Shown: piece after piece, positions 46,403 to 56,533 of the stretch
Layout: every line of letters starts with the position of its first letter
Position numbering within the stretch: the stretch's first letter is position 1
Source of the DNA: Wenzhouxiangella sp.
GTDB taxonomy: Bacteria; Pseudomonadota; Gammaproteobacteria; Xanthomonadales; Wenzhouxiangellaceae
Reading direction: 5' to 3'
NCBI GenBank assembly: GCA_007123575.1
Contig: SKKV01000141.1
Span: 1-58,008 of the forward strand
DNA length: 58,008 bases
Translations under genes and position numbers: made by a program
The notes under the pieces: generated by a model
Seen by the model: the letters and a program-made list of their open reading frames with translations, nothing else
Told to the model about the DNA's origin: nothing
Databases searched by the model: none

Positions 46403-47545
46403 ATGCGCCTGGTGTTGAGTGCCGGCGAGGCATCGGGCGACCAGATTGCCGCTGACCTGGCCCGGGCCCTGGCCAGGCGCGTGCCCAATCTGACCATGGC
46501 TGGCCTGGCCGGCCCGCGCATGCAATCAGTCGGCGTCGAACCCTGGTACGGCCTGGACACCCTCAACGTCATGGGCCTGACCGAAGTCATCGCCCACCTG
46601 CCGCGCCTGGTGCGGCTGCGACGCGAATATCGCCAGCGCATTCTTGACTGGCGACCCGATGCCTTTATCAGCATCGATGCACCGGACTTCAACCTGGGCC
46701 TGGCCCGCCAGCTGCGCCAGCGCGGTCTGACCACCATTCACTACGTCTCACCCTCGGTCTGGGCCTGGCGCGCGCATCGGATCAACAAGATCGCCCGCTC
46801 GCTGGACCTGTTGCTGACCTTGTTCCCGTTCGAACCCGAGCTGTACCAGCCACACGGGCTGGATGCGCGCTTTGTCGGACACCACCTTGCCGACGAACTC
46901 AAGCAGCTGCCAGCGCGCGAGCAAGTGCGCGACCAGCTGGGCCTGGATGCCAGCGAAGTCATGATTGCCCTTCTGCCCGGCAGCCGCGGCGGAGAGATCC
47001 GCCGCCACACCGACCTGCTCGCCGACACTGCCGCCCGCCTGCGCGCCCAAATGCCGGACGCCAGGCTGGTCATGCTGCTGGCCCAACGCGACCACAAGGC
47101 GCAGGTGCTTGAACTGTCCGGCAGCCGGCTGGCCGAGGCCGAGGTCACGCTGGTCGCCAACGAGACCCGCTTAGGCCTGGCCGCCGCCGACCTGGCGCTG
47201 ACCGCCTCGGGCACGGTCACCCTTGAGGCCTTTCTGGTCGGCTGCCCCCAGGTGGTCTACTACCGCCTGCCGCCGGCCACCTACGGGCTGGCCAGGCTGC
47301 TGCGCCTGGTCCGTACCGAACATGTTTCACTGCCCAATATTCTGACCAGGCAGGCGCTGGTCCCGGAGCGGCTACAGGACGCAGCCAGCGCCGACCAGCT
47401 TTGCCGGGACGCGATGGCCTGGTTGGAACAGCCACAGCGCATCCACGCCTACCGCGAATTGGCCGCCGACTGGCGCCGACAGCTTGGCCTGGGTGCCGGC
47501 GATCATGCGGCAACCGCCATTCTCGAAAAGCTCGGCCATGGCTGA
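46403..47545 (+). CDS. lpxB: Lipid A disaccharide synthase
   Basis: [44 protein letters not shown]. Confidence 0.97.
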   Translation: MRLVLSAGEASGDQIAADLARALARRVPNLTMAGLAGPRMQSVGVEPWYGLDTLNVMGLTEVIAHLPRLVRLRREYRQRILDWRPDAFISIDAPDFNLGLARQLRQRGLTTIHYVSPSVWAWRAHRINKIARSLDLLLTLFPFEPELYQPHGLDARFVGHHLADELKQLPAREQVRDQLGLDASEVMIALLPGSRGGEIRRHTDLLADTAARLRAQMPDARLVMLLAQRDHKAQVLELSGSRLAEAEVTLVANETRLGLAAADLALTASGTVTLEAFLVGCPQVVYYRLPPATYGLARLLRLVRTEHVSLPNILTRQALVPERLQDAASADQLCRDAMAWLEQPQRIHAYRELAADWRRQLGLGAGDHAATAILEKLGHG

Positions 47546-48107
47546 TTTGATTGCCGGCGTTGATGAAGCCGGGCGCGGCCCGCTGGCCGGACCCGTGGTG
47601 GCGGCTGCCGTGATTCTCGACCCGAGTCATCCGATAGCGGGCCTGGCTGACTCCAAGGCCCTGAGCGAGAGGCGGCGCGAACAGCTGGCCGAGCTGATCC
47701 GACGGCACGCCCTGGCCTTTGGCTTGTGCTGCGTGGAAGCGGAGGAAATCGACCGAATCAATATTCTCCAGGCCACACTCAAGGCCATGGCAGGCGCCGT
47801 GCAGTCACTGGCAATAGCGCCGGACAAAGTACTGGTCGACGGCAATCGCCCGCCCGAATTGCCGATGCCGGTCACCGCCCTGGTCGGCGGCGATGCCCTG
47901 GAACCGTCAATCAGCGCGGCCAGCATTCTCGCCAAAACCCACCGTGATGCAATCATGAGGCAATGGCACCAGCGCTATCCGTCCTATGGCTTTGACCGCC
48001 ACAAGGGCTACGGCACCGCCGTCCACATGCAGGCGCTGGCCACCCACGGCCCCTGCCCGGCCCACCGGCAGAGCTTTCGACCCGTGGTTCAGGCCCGGCT
48101 TTTCTGA
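47538..48107 (+). CDS. rnhB: Ribonuclease HII
   Basis: [42 protein letters not shown]. Confidence 0.97.
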   Translation: MADLIAGVDEAGRGPLAGPVVAAAVILDPSHPIAGLADSKALSERRREQLAELIRRHALAFGLCCVEAEEIDRINILQATLKAMAGAVQSLAIAPDKVLVDGNRPPELPMPVTALVGGDALEPSISAASILAKTHRDAIMRQWHQRYPSYGFDRHKGYGTAVHMQALATHGPCPAHRQSFRPVVQARLF

Positions 48108-48134
48108 GTTTTATCGAACTTGTCAAGCAGAAAT

Positions 48135-48163
48135 TTGCACTTCATCACGTTTTGATCTAATAT
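48135..48163 (+). promoter_or_regulatory. Putative sigma70 promoter of the hydrolase-DUF4785 pair
   Basis: TTGCAC-17 nt-TAATAT in an AT-rich intergenic region; GAGAGGA RBS downstream. Confidence 0.55.
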
Positions 48164-48204
48164 TTGGCGGTGGGGCTGTAATCGCTAAATTGAGAGGAAA
48201 AGTC

Positions 48205-49065
48205 ATGTCACGAATCATCAAGGCCGCTGGCCTTTTTGTTTTACTCCTAACATTCGCACCCGTATGGGGCGCCACCGGGGTCGCCTTCGTTCACGGAACC
48301 GGCAAGCAAACCGACGCGCTGAACGACTACTGGACGACCAGCATGGTCAACTCAGTGCGCCAGGGCCTGTCCAACTCCAACAACTACGTCGTCATCAACT
48401 GCGACTTCGAGCAATACATGTGGGATTCGCAGGCGGCCGGCTGCCTGGCCACGCATCTGCACAACTTCATCAACCAGCGCGGCATTACCGACCTGGTGGT
48501 GTTGACCCATTCCAACGGCGGCAATGTGATGCGCTGGATCATGTCCAACCCGACCTGGGACAGCCGCTATCCGCTGATTATCCAGCGCCTGCGTTGGGTC
48601 AATGCCCTGGCCCCTTCCAGCCTCGGAACACCGCTGGCCGACGCAGTGATGCAAGGCAACGTGTTCGAGGCCTCGCTCGGCTGGCTGCTGGGCTACCAGA
48701 ATGACGCGGTGCGGATGCAGCAGACCAGCTGGATGCAGCATTACAACAGCACCTGGCTGCTCGGCACTGCCGGCCGGCCGAATCTGCCCAAGGGCTTCTG
48801 GAACGTGGTCGGCACCGACGTGCACGCCGCAGTCTGGAACGGTGCTTCCTACTGCGGCGGTTACCATTACCAGGTCGGTCTGGCCGTTACCCAGTGGTGG
48901 CTCAACAGCTGCTCCGATGGGTTTCTTGAGTGCTCCAGTCAGAACGGCGCTGGCAACCTGTGGTTCTATGACCACTGGCGAACCAACCGCGGCCGCAAGC
49001 TCTCGCATCACCAGAGCCGCCGCGACTGCTTCAACCTCGACGTCATTCTGCGCAACGACCTGTAA
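48205..49065 (+). CDS. Secreted alpha/beta-fold hydrolase (lipase-like)
   Basis: Signal peptide; FVHGT oxyanion loop, THSNGG nucleophile elbow, GTPLA, SDG, H near C-terminus; several Cys. Confidence 0.78.
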   Translation: MSRIIKAAGLFVLLLTFAPVWGATGVAFVHGTGKQTDALNDYWTTSMVNSVRQGLSNSNNYVVINCDFEQYMWDSQAAGCLATHLHNFINQRGITDLVVLTHSNGGNVMRWIMSNPTWDSRYPLIIQRLRWVNALAPSSLGTPLADAVMQGNVFEASLGWLLGYQNDAVRMQQTSWMQHYNSTWLLGTAGRPNLPKGFWNVVGTDVHAAVWNGASYCGGYHYQVGLAVTQWWLNSCSDGFLECSSQNGAGNLWFYDHWRTNRGRKLSHHQSRRDCFNLDVILRNDL

Positions 49066-49080
49066 TCGGGAGAGCACATC

Positions 49081-50337
49081 ATGAAAAAACTACAACTTAT
49101 CGTCGCACTCAGCCTGATCACGGGTTCTGCCTTTTCCGCACAGGCGGTTGAATGGCTGCCGCCAACCAACAATGACCTCGTCGCCAGTGGCCTGACTGCA
49201 GACCTCAATCACATACCTGCCAGCCGCCACGCCGAAAGCAGCCCGGTCAACTTTTCCTGGGCCTTGTCGGCCGACCGCGACACCACCGTCCAGCTTCAGC
49301 GCGCGGAAAGTCGCCAGTACTGGGTGGACGTCTCAGGCCAGCAGCTGGCCGGCGGCATCGACCTGCCACTGACCGCGCCCGGCGCCGTGATCCGCGTCTC
49401 GGCCCTGGAAAGTGGCACCAATCTTCAGCTCGACCCGGCGCAGATGGAGCTGTCCATCGACCGTGGCTCGCTGGAAATGGCCAGCCTGGAAGATGTCTCC
49501 ACCGGCGCCATGATGCAGCGTCAGGGCATGGCGGTACCGGAAGATACCGTGGCCTTCCGCCTGCCAGCTGATGTCGACGTGGCCCAGCTCAGTATCCGTC
49601 ACCCCGGCGCCAGCGCCGACCAGGCCCTGGTTGTTCACGTGTTCGAGCCGAATAGCCCGTGGGTTGCCGAAATGACGGCGCCGCGCACCAACTTCCTGGC
49701 TGGGCAGCCGATCGAATTCGGCCTGAGCCTGTCTGACGGCAACCATACCTTCACCATTGACCAGGTCGATGCCATGCTGGTCAGCCCGGACGCTGGCCAG
49801 GTCTGGTCACTGGCTCATTCTGCTGACCGGGGCTTGAGCGGCCAGGTACCTCCGGAAGGACTGTCCGCGGCTGCGGGGCTTTACGAGGCTCACGCTTACA
49901 TCGAGCAGCAGATCAAAGGCCTTACCATTCGCCGCGACGTCAAGCTGGCTTTCAGCATGGCACCGCAGTCGGGTCGCTTTACCGGCCAGGTCCGGCAGGC
50001 GAACGCCTCTGGGCTGGGGCTGGATCTGGGCGTCGAGGTGGTCACTGCCGGGCGCTACCAGGTCAACGGCGAAATCTTTGGCACTAACGTGTTTGGTGAG
50101 CTCAAGCCGCTAGCCCTCGCCCAGTCGGCCGCGGTGCTGGAGCCTGGCACCGGCACCATCCGCCTCGATCTGGACGAGTCCTTGCTCAACGCCAGCCGCC
50201 TGGGCGCACCGTTTGAAGTGCGCAGTTTGCAGCTGCTGGATCAGGGCCGGATGTTTCTGCTCGAAGAGCGTGCACGGGCTGTTGTTATTCAAGGCCCGGA
50301 ACAGCGTTCGCGTGGCGGGGTTGAGATCGAGCGTTAG
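49081..50337 (+). CDS. Secreted DUF4785-like Ig-domain protein
   Basis: Signal peptide; VNFSWAL, ESRQYW, L.LTAPGAVIRVS, V.EPNSP, GRYQVNG.IFGT, AQSA..L..G, PFEV..L.L.DQ pattern recalled for DUF4785. Confidence 0.7.
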   Translation: MKKLQLIVALSLITGSAFSAQAVEWLPPTNNDLVASGLTADLNHIPASRHAESSPVNFSWALSADRDTTVQLQRAESRQYWVDVSGQQLAGGIDLPLTAPGAVIRVSALESGTNLQLDPAQMELSIDRGSLEMASLEDVSTGAMMQRQGMAVPEDTVAFRLPADVDVAQLSIRHPGASADQALVVHVFEPNSPWVAEMTAPRTNFLAGQPIEFGLSLSDGNHTFTIDQVDAMLVSPDAGQVWSLAHSADRGLSGQVPPEGLSAAAGLYEAHAYIEQQIKGLTIRRDVKLAFSMAPQSGRFTGQVRQANASGLGLDLGVEVVTAGRYQVNGEIFGTNVFGELKPLALAQSAAVLEPGTGTIRLDLDESLLNASRLGAPFEVRSLQLLDQGRMFLLEERARAVVIQGPEQRSRGGVEIER

Positions 50338-50360
50338 GCGGTTTCTTTAGAACAATCGCG

Positions 50361-50392
50361 AAAGGCCAGCCTCCGGGTTGGCCTTTTTCTTT
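50361..50392 (+). terminator. Intrinsic terminator
   Basis: AAAGGCCAGCC-TCCG-GGTTGGCCTTT followed by TTCTTT. Confidence 0.85.
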
Positions 50393-50427
50393 GGGTGGAG
50401 GGGGAGAGGGAGAGAAGGAAAAGGCGA

Positions 50428-50706
50428 TTAGCGGGTGTAGAAGTGGTTGGGTTTTAGGGGGTGGCCCCGGGCGGGATCGGCTTCGGTTAGCTGGTCTACG
50501 CGGGCGGCAGGTGGGCCGGAGGTGAGCCAGTCGGCCAGGGAATCCAGGGCCGCTGGCTCGCCCTGGGCCAAAACTTCGACCCGGCCGTCGTCCAAGTTGA
50601 TCGCGTAGCCGGTCAGGCCCAGCGGCTCGGCCTGGCGGCGGGTTGACTCACGGAAGAATACGCCCTGGACCCGGCCGGAAATCAACCAACGGCGTGTTTC
50701 AGCCAT
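50428..50706 (-). CDS. acyP: Acylphosphatase
   Basis: ISGRVQGVFFR, GYAINLDDGRVEV, GPPAARV. Confidence 0.93.
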   Translation of the reverse strand: MAETRRWLISGRVQGVFFRESTRRQAEPLGLTGYAINLDDGRVEVLAQGEPAALDSLADWLTSGPPAARVDQLTEADPARGHPLKPNHFYTR

Positions 50707-51178
50707 TGTCTTGAATCCAATCGGTAATCATGGTGCTGGTGACCGGGCCAATCCAGGTGTGGACCAGGTAGCCGGCCTGGTCGACCAGGAAAGTGGTGGG
50801 CAGCGCCCGCGGCGCGCCCAGGTCGACGGGCGGATCGAAGGTATCGACCAGCAGAATTGGGTAAGTGGCCGGATATCGGGCAAGGAAACGCTCGAAGTCC
50901 TCGATCGAGGTATCTTCGAAAGCCAGGCCCAGCACAACGATGTCAGCGCGGCTGTCGTGCAGGCTGGACAAGTCAGGAATTTCCTTGCGGCAAGGCGCGC
51001 ACCAGGTCGCCCAGTAGTTCACCACCACCCAGTCTCCGCGGTATTCGGAAAGTTGGTGGCCATTGCCGTCCAGGCCCGGCAGCTCGAAATCAATCGGGGC
51101 ATCGGCCAGCGCAAGGCCAGGCAACAGCAGCAAAGCAATCAGAAACATTTTCATCAAACAAATCCTCGACAAGGCCAT
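50699..51178 (-). CDS. TlpA-family thiol:disulfide oxidoreductase
   Basis: Signal/TM, DFELP.LDG, VVNYWATWCAPCRKEIP, LPTTFLVD; start 51178 or 51154. Confidence 0.92.
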   Translation of the reverse strand: MALSRICLMKMFLIALLLLPGLALADAPIDFELPGLDGNGHQLSEYRGDWVVVNYWATWCAPCRKEIPDLSSLHDSRADIVVLGLAFEDTSIEDFERFLARYPATYPILLVDTFDPPVDLGAPRALPTTFLVDQAGYLVHTWIGPVTSTMITDWIQDNG

Positions 51179-52524
51179 CAGTCGTTCGACGGTCGGTCGA
51201 ACCTGAGCAAGGATTTTACCGAGCGCTGCATCAAGCGATCGGCATGGCCCTCGGCCTCGGCCAGACTCTCGATCAGCGCGCGATCCCAGTGGCTCTCGAT
51301 CGGCAGATCGTCGAACTCTCCTATGGGGAATATGAACGGCCCGCAGCGATAGAGTTCAGCCAGACTGACCTCGTCGAGATCAGCCGACAGCAGCCAGTCG
51401 CCATCGTCGTCGCGATGAATGTAGGCGGCATCGAAAAACCAGCCTAGAATGCGGCGAAGCTGGCCATCGTTGGCGGCCGGTTCCCGCCCCAGCAGATCAA
51501 TCACAGACAAGGCCTGCCCGCGCCGCTGGGCTTGCCAGAAATGGCCCATCAGGCGCACCGCCAGCAACAGCTCCTGGCGTGGCGACCAGCGCCAGTCGCT
51601 GAAGCGATAGTTGAACGTGGTCAGCGCGGCGGCCAGGCTGGCACCGAGCAAAATCACCACCCAGGACACGTACAGCCAGATCAAAAACAAAGGAATGGTC
51701 GCCAGCGCGCCGTACAGGCGCTCATAGGTGGGGAAATTGGTGACGTACCAAACAAATCCGAACTTGGCAAACTCGAACAACAGCGCCGACACGAAGGCGC
51801 CGACCATGGCATGGTGCCAACGCACCCGCCGATTCGGGACGATGATGAACAAAAGCGCAAACCCCATCAGGGTGACAAAAAACGGGGTGAGCTGCAGCAC
51901 CAGCCCCTGAAGAACACCGCGCACGGCCTCTGGTGCCAGCATCGGCCAGGCGGCCAGGTAGGAGGTCAACACCAGGCTGGCGCCCATCAGCAGCGGCCCC
52001 AGAGTCAACACCGCCCAGTAGATCACCAGGCGGCTGGCCGGGCGGCGCTCGGCACGCACCCGCCAGATCCGGTTCAGACTTTTTTCAATGGTGGCCATCA
52101 GCAGGATGGCCGTGGCAATCAGCAGCACGGTGCCAGCCCCGGTCAGGCCGGCGGTGTTCTCGATAAAGGTGTTCAAGTGCTCGCGCACGGCATCACCGGC
52201 TGCAGGCACGAAGTTTGCGAAAATATAAGCTTCGATGTCGTCGGCCCAGCGGTCGAATACGGGAAAGGCCGAAATCACGCCCAGCATGACGGTCAGCAGC
52301 GGCACCAGGGCCAGCAGGGTGGTATAACTCAGTGCGCCGGCCGACTCGAAGCTGCGGTCTTCCTTGAAGTGGTCGGCCAGGTGGCGGGCAAAGCTTCTTA
52401 ACCAGCGCACGTCAAGCAGCGCCTGAAGCGGCCCGGGTGGGCCCTGAAGCGATGCGATAGCCAAGTCGGATTCCGAAGGTCGGGCGACGTCATCAGACAC
52501 TTTCAAATTGACGGACTCATTCAT
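51178..52524 (-). CDS. YihY/BrkB family inner membrane protein with C-terminal winged-helix-like domain
   Basis: AGALSYTTLLALVP, IEKSLNRIW, YWAVLTLGP, YGALATIP.FL.WLY; start uncertain (52500-52533). Confidence 0.9.
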   Translation of the reverse strand: MNESVNLKVSDDVARPSESDLAIASLQGPPGPLQALLDVRWLRSFARHLADHFKEDRSFESAGALSYTTLLALVPLLTVMLGVISAFPVFDRWADDIEAYIFANFVPAAGDAVREHLNTFIENTAGLTGAGTVLLIATAILLMATIEKSLNRIWRVRAERRPASRLVIYWAVLTLGPLLMGASLVLTSYLAAWPMLAPEAVRGVLQGLVLQLTPFFVTLMGFALLFIIVPNRRVRWHHAMVGAFVSALLFEFAKFGFVWYVTNFPTYERLYGALATIPLFLIWLYVSWVVILLGASLAAALTTFNYRFSDWRWSPRQELLLAVRLMGHFWQAQRRGQALSVIDLLGREPAANDGQLRRILGWFFDAAYIHRDDDGDWLLSADLDEVSLAELYRCGPFIFPIGEFDDLPIESHWDRALIESLAEAEGHADRLMQRSVKSLLRFDRPSND

Positions 52525-52867
52525 GACGATCAAGCTCTATCACAATCCACGCTGTTCCAAGAGCCGCCAGACCCTGACCCTGCTCGAGCAGCGCGGTCAC
52601 CAACCCGAGATCATCAAGTATCTCGAGACACCGCCGGATGCGGACACGCTCAAGCGTATCATCGCAGCCCTTGGACTATCGGCGCACGATTTGATTCGCC
52701 AGGGTGAAGCGGTCTACAAGGAGCTGGGCCTAAGCCCTGACTTGCCAGAACAGCGCCTGGTCGAAGCCATGGCCAGCGAACCGCGGCTGATTCAGCGCCC
52801 GATCGTGATCAACGGCGACCAGGCCCGCATTGGCCGGCCGCCGGAGACCGTCCTGGAGATCCTCTGA
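52523..52867 (+). CDS. arsC: Arsenate reductase (glutaredoxin-dependent ArsC family)
   Basis: YHNPRCSKSR, LIQRPIV, IGRPPE. Confidence 0.92.
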   Translation: MTIKLYHNPRCSKSRQTLTLLEQRGHQPEIIKYLETPPDADTLKRIIAALGLSAHDLIRQGEAVYKELGLSPDLPEQRLVEAMASEPRLIQRPIVINGDQARIGRPPETVLEIL

Positions 52868-53466
52868 TGACCGAAATCCTGGTGGTTGTGCATTCGGTGC
52901 ACGGCAATACCCTGGCCATGGCGCGCGAAGTGGCGCGCGGCGTCGAGCAGGCTGACGGCTGCCAGGCTCGATTGCGCGCGGTAGCACCACTGACTTCCGC
53001 CATCGACCCGGAGCAGAAACCGCTACCCGATGACGGTCCCTCGCTGGTGACCAACCGGGACCTGGCCGAATGCGATGGTCTGATCCTGGGCAGTCCGACC
53101 CGCTTTGGCAACATGGCTGCCTCGGTCAAGTACTTTCTCGACGGCACCGGCAGCGAATGGGCCTCGGGCACGCTGGCCGGCAAACCGGCCGGGGTATTCA
53201 CCTCCACCTCGACCCTGCACGGCGGCCAGGAGGCAACGCTGCTGAGCATGATGATTCCGCTGCTGCACCATGGCATGGTGCTGGTGGGGCTGCCCTACAC
53301 CGAACCGCGCTTAAGCCGCACCCAAAGCGGCGGCACGCCCTACGGCCCCAGCCACCTGGCCGGCCAGGACAGTGATCGCGCCCTGGACGACGACGAACGC
53401 CATCTGTGCCGCGCCCTGGGCGCGCGCGTGGCCAACGTGGCTACCCGCCTGGCAGGCTCGGCATGA
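52867..53466 (+). CDS. wrbA: NAD(P)H:quinone oxidoreductase WrbA
   Basis: S.HGNT, LGSPTRFGNM, FTSTSTLHGGQE, GGTPYG. Confidence 0.93.
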   Translation: MTEILVVVHSVHGNTLAMAREVARGVEQADGCQARLRAVAPLTSAIDPEQKPLPDDGPSLVTNRDLAECDGLILGSPTRFGNMAASVKYFLDGTGSEWASGTLAGKPAGVFTSTSTLHGGQEATLLSMMIPLLHHGMVLVGLPYTEPRLSRTQSGGTPYGPSHLAGQDSDRALDDDERHLCRALGARVANVATRLAGSA

Positions 53467-53804
53467 TTCGTTTGAGCTGGTGCCGCTGGAGCCTGCTGGC
53501 CGTTTTTGTGCTGCAGCCGATCTGGTTTGCCTGGCTGCATCCGTCGGCGCACTTTCCCGTGCCGCTGGTGCTGGCCATCACCATGATTCCGTTGATCCTG
53601 CCTGCCATCGGTGTCTGGCGCCTGCAGACCCGCGCCCTGGTCATTGCCGGTATTGTCCTGATGTTCCACTTCTCTTACGCGGTGATGGAGGCTTACGCCA
53701 ACCCAACGGTGCGGCCAATAGCCCTGATTCAGGTGGCACTGGTGACCGTTTACTTTATCGGCCTGGCCATGGTGCGTTTTCAGCCGCGGCCAGGTCAGGA
53801 TTGA
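53463..53804 (+). CDS. DUF2069-like small membrane protein
   Basis: Four hydrophobic segments, PL.LP..G, F..AVMEAY; ATGA-coupled to wrbA, the usual DUF2069 position. Confidence 0.75.
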   Translation: MIRLSWCRWSLLAVFVLQPIWFAWLHPSAHFPVPLVLAITMIPLILPAIGVWRLQTRALVIAGIVLMFHFSYAVMEAYANPTVRPIALIQVALVTVYFIGLAMVRFQPRPGQD

Positions 53805-53819
53805 CGGCTGGGCCAAACT

Positions 53820-56495
53820 CTATCGGCCGAGCGCTTTCAGGTCGTCAAGCAGTTCACGGCCATGATCGAGCTCCGGTGCGATCTGGCCTGATTCACGCAG
53901 CTCCACTGGCAGCGCCATCCAGGCCTCCCGCAGGCGATCCAGGCGCTCGCGGCCAATCACCGGCACCTGCGACATTGGCTGGCCGGCATCCCGGAACTGG
54001 CGAATACGATCGCGGTTGACAATGCCGGCATCGCCGTTGACCAGACCGCGAATACGGTCGTCGTGACGCAGCACCCGCGGATAATGCAGCTCCAGGGTGC
54101 GGCGCAGGAGGGCCGTGTACTCAACGATGTCAGCCATTGCCATGGCCACCGGATCAGTTCCGTTTGGCAACATCGGACTGAGCAAACGGCCCGCCAGCTG
54201 GCGCTCGCGGCGGCTGGCCAGGCCGCTCAATTCCGACTCCACGGCCAGGGCCAGGGCTTCGCCGTCATGCTGCTCCAGCGTCTCTACGCGGTCTCCTCCC
54301 GTTATGAACCAGTCGCGCCATTCCGCACCCCGATCCCAGTTCGCCAGGAGCTGAGATTCAGCCGTTGTCGGCAAGTTGACAAAGTAGGTCAGACGGTTCG
54401 GCACTAGCGGCATGCGACCGGACGGCAGTTCGCTGGCGATCGGCTCACCGGCCAGCCCGCGCGGGCAGCGCAGATCCAGCAGCTCGGGATCAGCACCGGC
54501 AAACAGGTAGTGTCGTGGCTCGCTGGCAACCAGGCGCTGGCGGAAAACCACTTCCTCCTCGTCGCCGCGGACGAAGCGCCCAACCAGCTCAAACGACAAG
54601 CGACCGTGATAATTGGCAACCCGCTCATCGTCGGCCCGCGCCGAACGCTTTTCACGCTGCTCCCATCCAACATCCGCGTAGCAGAGCTGCAGACTGCCCA
54701 TGCCCAGCTGGTCAGCCAGCAGGTAGGCGTTGGGAAAGCGCCCCAGCAGGGCACGGCTAACTGGCAACTCGGCACGCGCGCCGCAGGTATCCGCTTCGGG
54801 ACAGGCCTGCACTGTCAGTCCCTCGGGTCGATACGCGGTCACCTGGCTAGCCGCAAGATCAAGATCCAGGTCAGCCCCGGGACGGGTGACATCGGCAAAA
54901 AATTGATCCTGGGCTTCCTGCACGGCCGTTGCCAGCACGCCGTGGGCACGTTCCAGAAGATCCAGCAAGCGCACAACCGGATCGCGGCGCTGCCCGCCCA
55001 TGCCCGTCATGCAATCGAGCCAGTCAGCCCTACTGACAAGGCTTTCCTCTAGTACATCAACAATGGAAGCGGTTGTCTCCCGCCAGCGCGTGGTGCCGAA
55101 AAAGATCGGTCGCTGCGGTACCCAGTGGGCCAGATACTGGGCCAGGATCGACCATTCCAGGACGTTGAGCCACTGCGTTTCCGTACAGCCGCTTTGCAGT
55201 CGCCAATCCAGGTGGCTGTCCAGATAACGGGCACGTTGCCAGCTGACCAGGCCAGTCTCTCGACGCAGGAACTCCGGCGCAAAAGGGCCGCTGCCGCCGA
55301 CCAGCTCTTCGCGGTCCAATTCGTCAACCATCACTGTAGTCAGGCGCTGCAGGCAGTCATCAAAGACTTCGCGCGGCACCGGCCCGACCAGGCCCGGGTC
55401 AATATTGCAATCACTGATTACCCGGCGAATATCGTCGCGGACCGGCTGTTCCAGGTAAAAGCCGACATCGGAGGCAAACAACACCAGTCGCGCATAGGCG
55501 TCCGAAAGCTCGCTAATCGCAGCCAAGCGATCCGGACCGGTCACCGCCAGGTAGCCGGCAGCATCCTGCATCTGGGCCAGAACGACCGGCAGATCGATAT
55601 CCAGTCCGCGCAGTTGGGTCAAGGATTCATCCGTCCAGGCCACCAGGTCGTCCTGGTAACGGGACGCCAGCGCTACATCTTCATCGGCGGCGGCCAATCG
55701 GACAAGGCCATCGAAATAGCGCCATACCGCGGCCAGGAAGGCTTCTCGATCGCGCTCCAGACGCGCGTCAGCCAGCAGCAGTTCGGCCAGACCTCGCTGG
55801 TAAGCGCCGTCATCAGGCGCATCAGCCAGGCGTCGAATCCGCTCAGCCTGTTCGCGCGCGTGATCCATCCAGAATGTCGGACCGGCCTGATCCAGGTCTT
55901 CCAGCAGCGGCTGCCAGAAATCAGCCACCGAGGGAATCGCGACCGGCGCTTCCCCTTCACGCGAATCAGCTTCGGGGGCTTCTGTCTGTGGCGCATCGAT
56001 CTGCACGACGTCTGCTTCCAGCGCTTCGATCAAGTCATCCAGTCGCCGCCAGACTTGCTCGGCCTCAATCGCGGCCAGCCAGTAGAGGCGGGCCAGCCGC
56101 CCGGCCTGCCAGTCACCGTCGAGCAGACTCGAAGCGCCCGCAAGGTCTTTTGACACCAGGGCCGGACGTTCTCCGGGAAGGTTTCGGTCGCGCACATGAA
56201 CCAGCCAACCGAACATCCCATCCGCCGGCGGCGCCCACTCCGGCGGCACGCGCACCGCCGAACGCTCCAGCAGGAGCAGTCGCGAGTCCACCGCCGAGCG
56301 CCACTGGCCAGGATCCACCTCTCCACTATCCAGCCAAAGACTCAGGGCCAAGGTGCGGCGTCGCGCCTCCACCGCCGTTGCCGGGTGCCAGTGCAAAGCC
56401 AGCACGTCGGTCTCCTCGGCCACGGCAGCGCCATGACTTTCGGCCAGCAACGGCGCCAGCAGCAACACCAGAACGGTCAAGGTGATTCGTCTCAT
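53820..56495 (-). CDS. Large exported hypothetical protein (891 aa)
   Basis: Long uninterrupted ORF filling the gap; signal peptide MRRITLTVLVLLLAPLLA; no family recognised. Confidence 0.8.
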   Translation of the reverse strand: MRRITLTVLVLLLAPLLAESHGAAVAEETDVLALHWHPATAVEARRRTLALSLWLDSGEVDPGQWRSAVDSRLLLLERSAVRVPPEWAPPADGMFGWLVHVRDRNLPGERPALVSKDLAGASSLLDGDWQAGRLARLYWLAAIEAEQVWRRLDDLIEALEADVVQIDAPQTEAPEADSREGEAPVAIPSVADFWQPLLEDLDQAGPTFWMDHAREQAERIRRLADAPDDGAYQRGLAELLLADARLERDREAFLAAVWRYFDGLVRLAAADEDVALASRYQDDLVAWTDESLTQLRGLDIDLPVVLAQMQDAAGYLAVTGPDRLAAISELSDAYARLVLFASDVGFYLEQPVRDDIRRVISDCNIDPGLVGPVPREVFDDCLQRLTTVMVDELDREELVGGSGPFAPEFLRRETGLVSWQRARYLDSHLDWRLQSGCTETQWLNVLEWSILAQYLAHWVPQRPIFFGTTRWRETTASIVDVLEESLVSRADWLDCMTGMGGQRRDPVVRLLDLLERAHGVLATAVQEAQDQFFADVTRPGADLDLDLAASQVTAYRPEGLTVQACPEADTCGARAELPVSRALLGRFPNAYLLADQLGMGSLQLCYADVGWEQREKRSARADDERVANYHGRLSFELVGRFVRGDEEEVVFRQRLVASEPRHYLFAGADPELLDLRCPRGLAGEPIASELPSGRMPLVPNRLTYFVNLPTTAESQLLANWDRGAEWRDWFITGGDRVETLEQHDGEALALAVESELSGLASRRERQLAGRLLSPMLPNGTDPVAMAMADIVEYTALLRRTLELHYPRVLRHDDRIRGLVNGDAGIVNRDRIRQFRDAGQPMSQVPVIGRERLDRLREAWMALPVELRESGQIAPELDHGRELLDDLKALGR

Positions 56496-56533
56496 GGCCG
56501 CTATACTACCCGCCAACTCCCCCGGCGCGCAGC

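Noticed and set aside
52523-53804. Arsenic-resistance island
   Set aside because: No arsR or arsB/acr3; arsC-wrbA-DUF2069 beside yihY is an ordinary gammaproteobacterial arrangement
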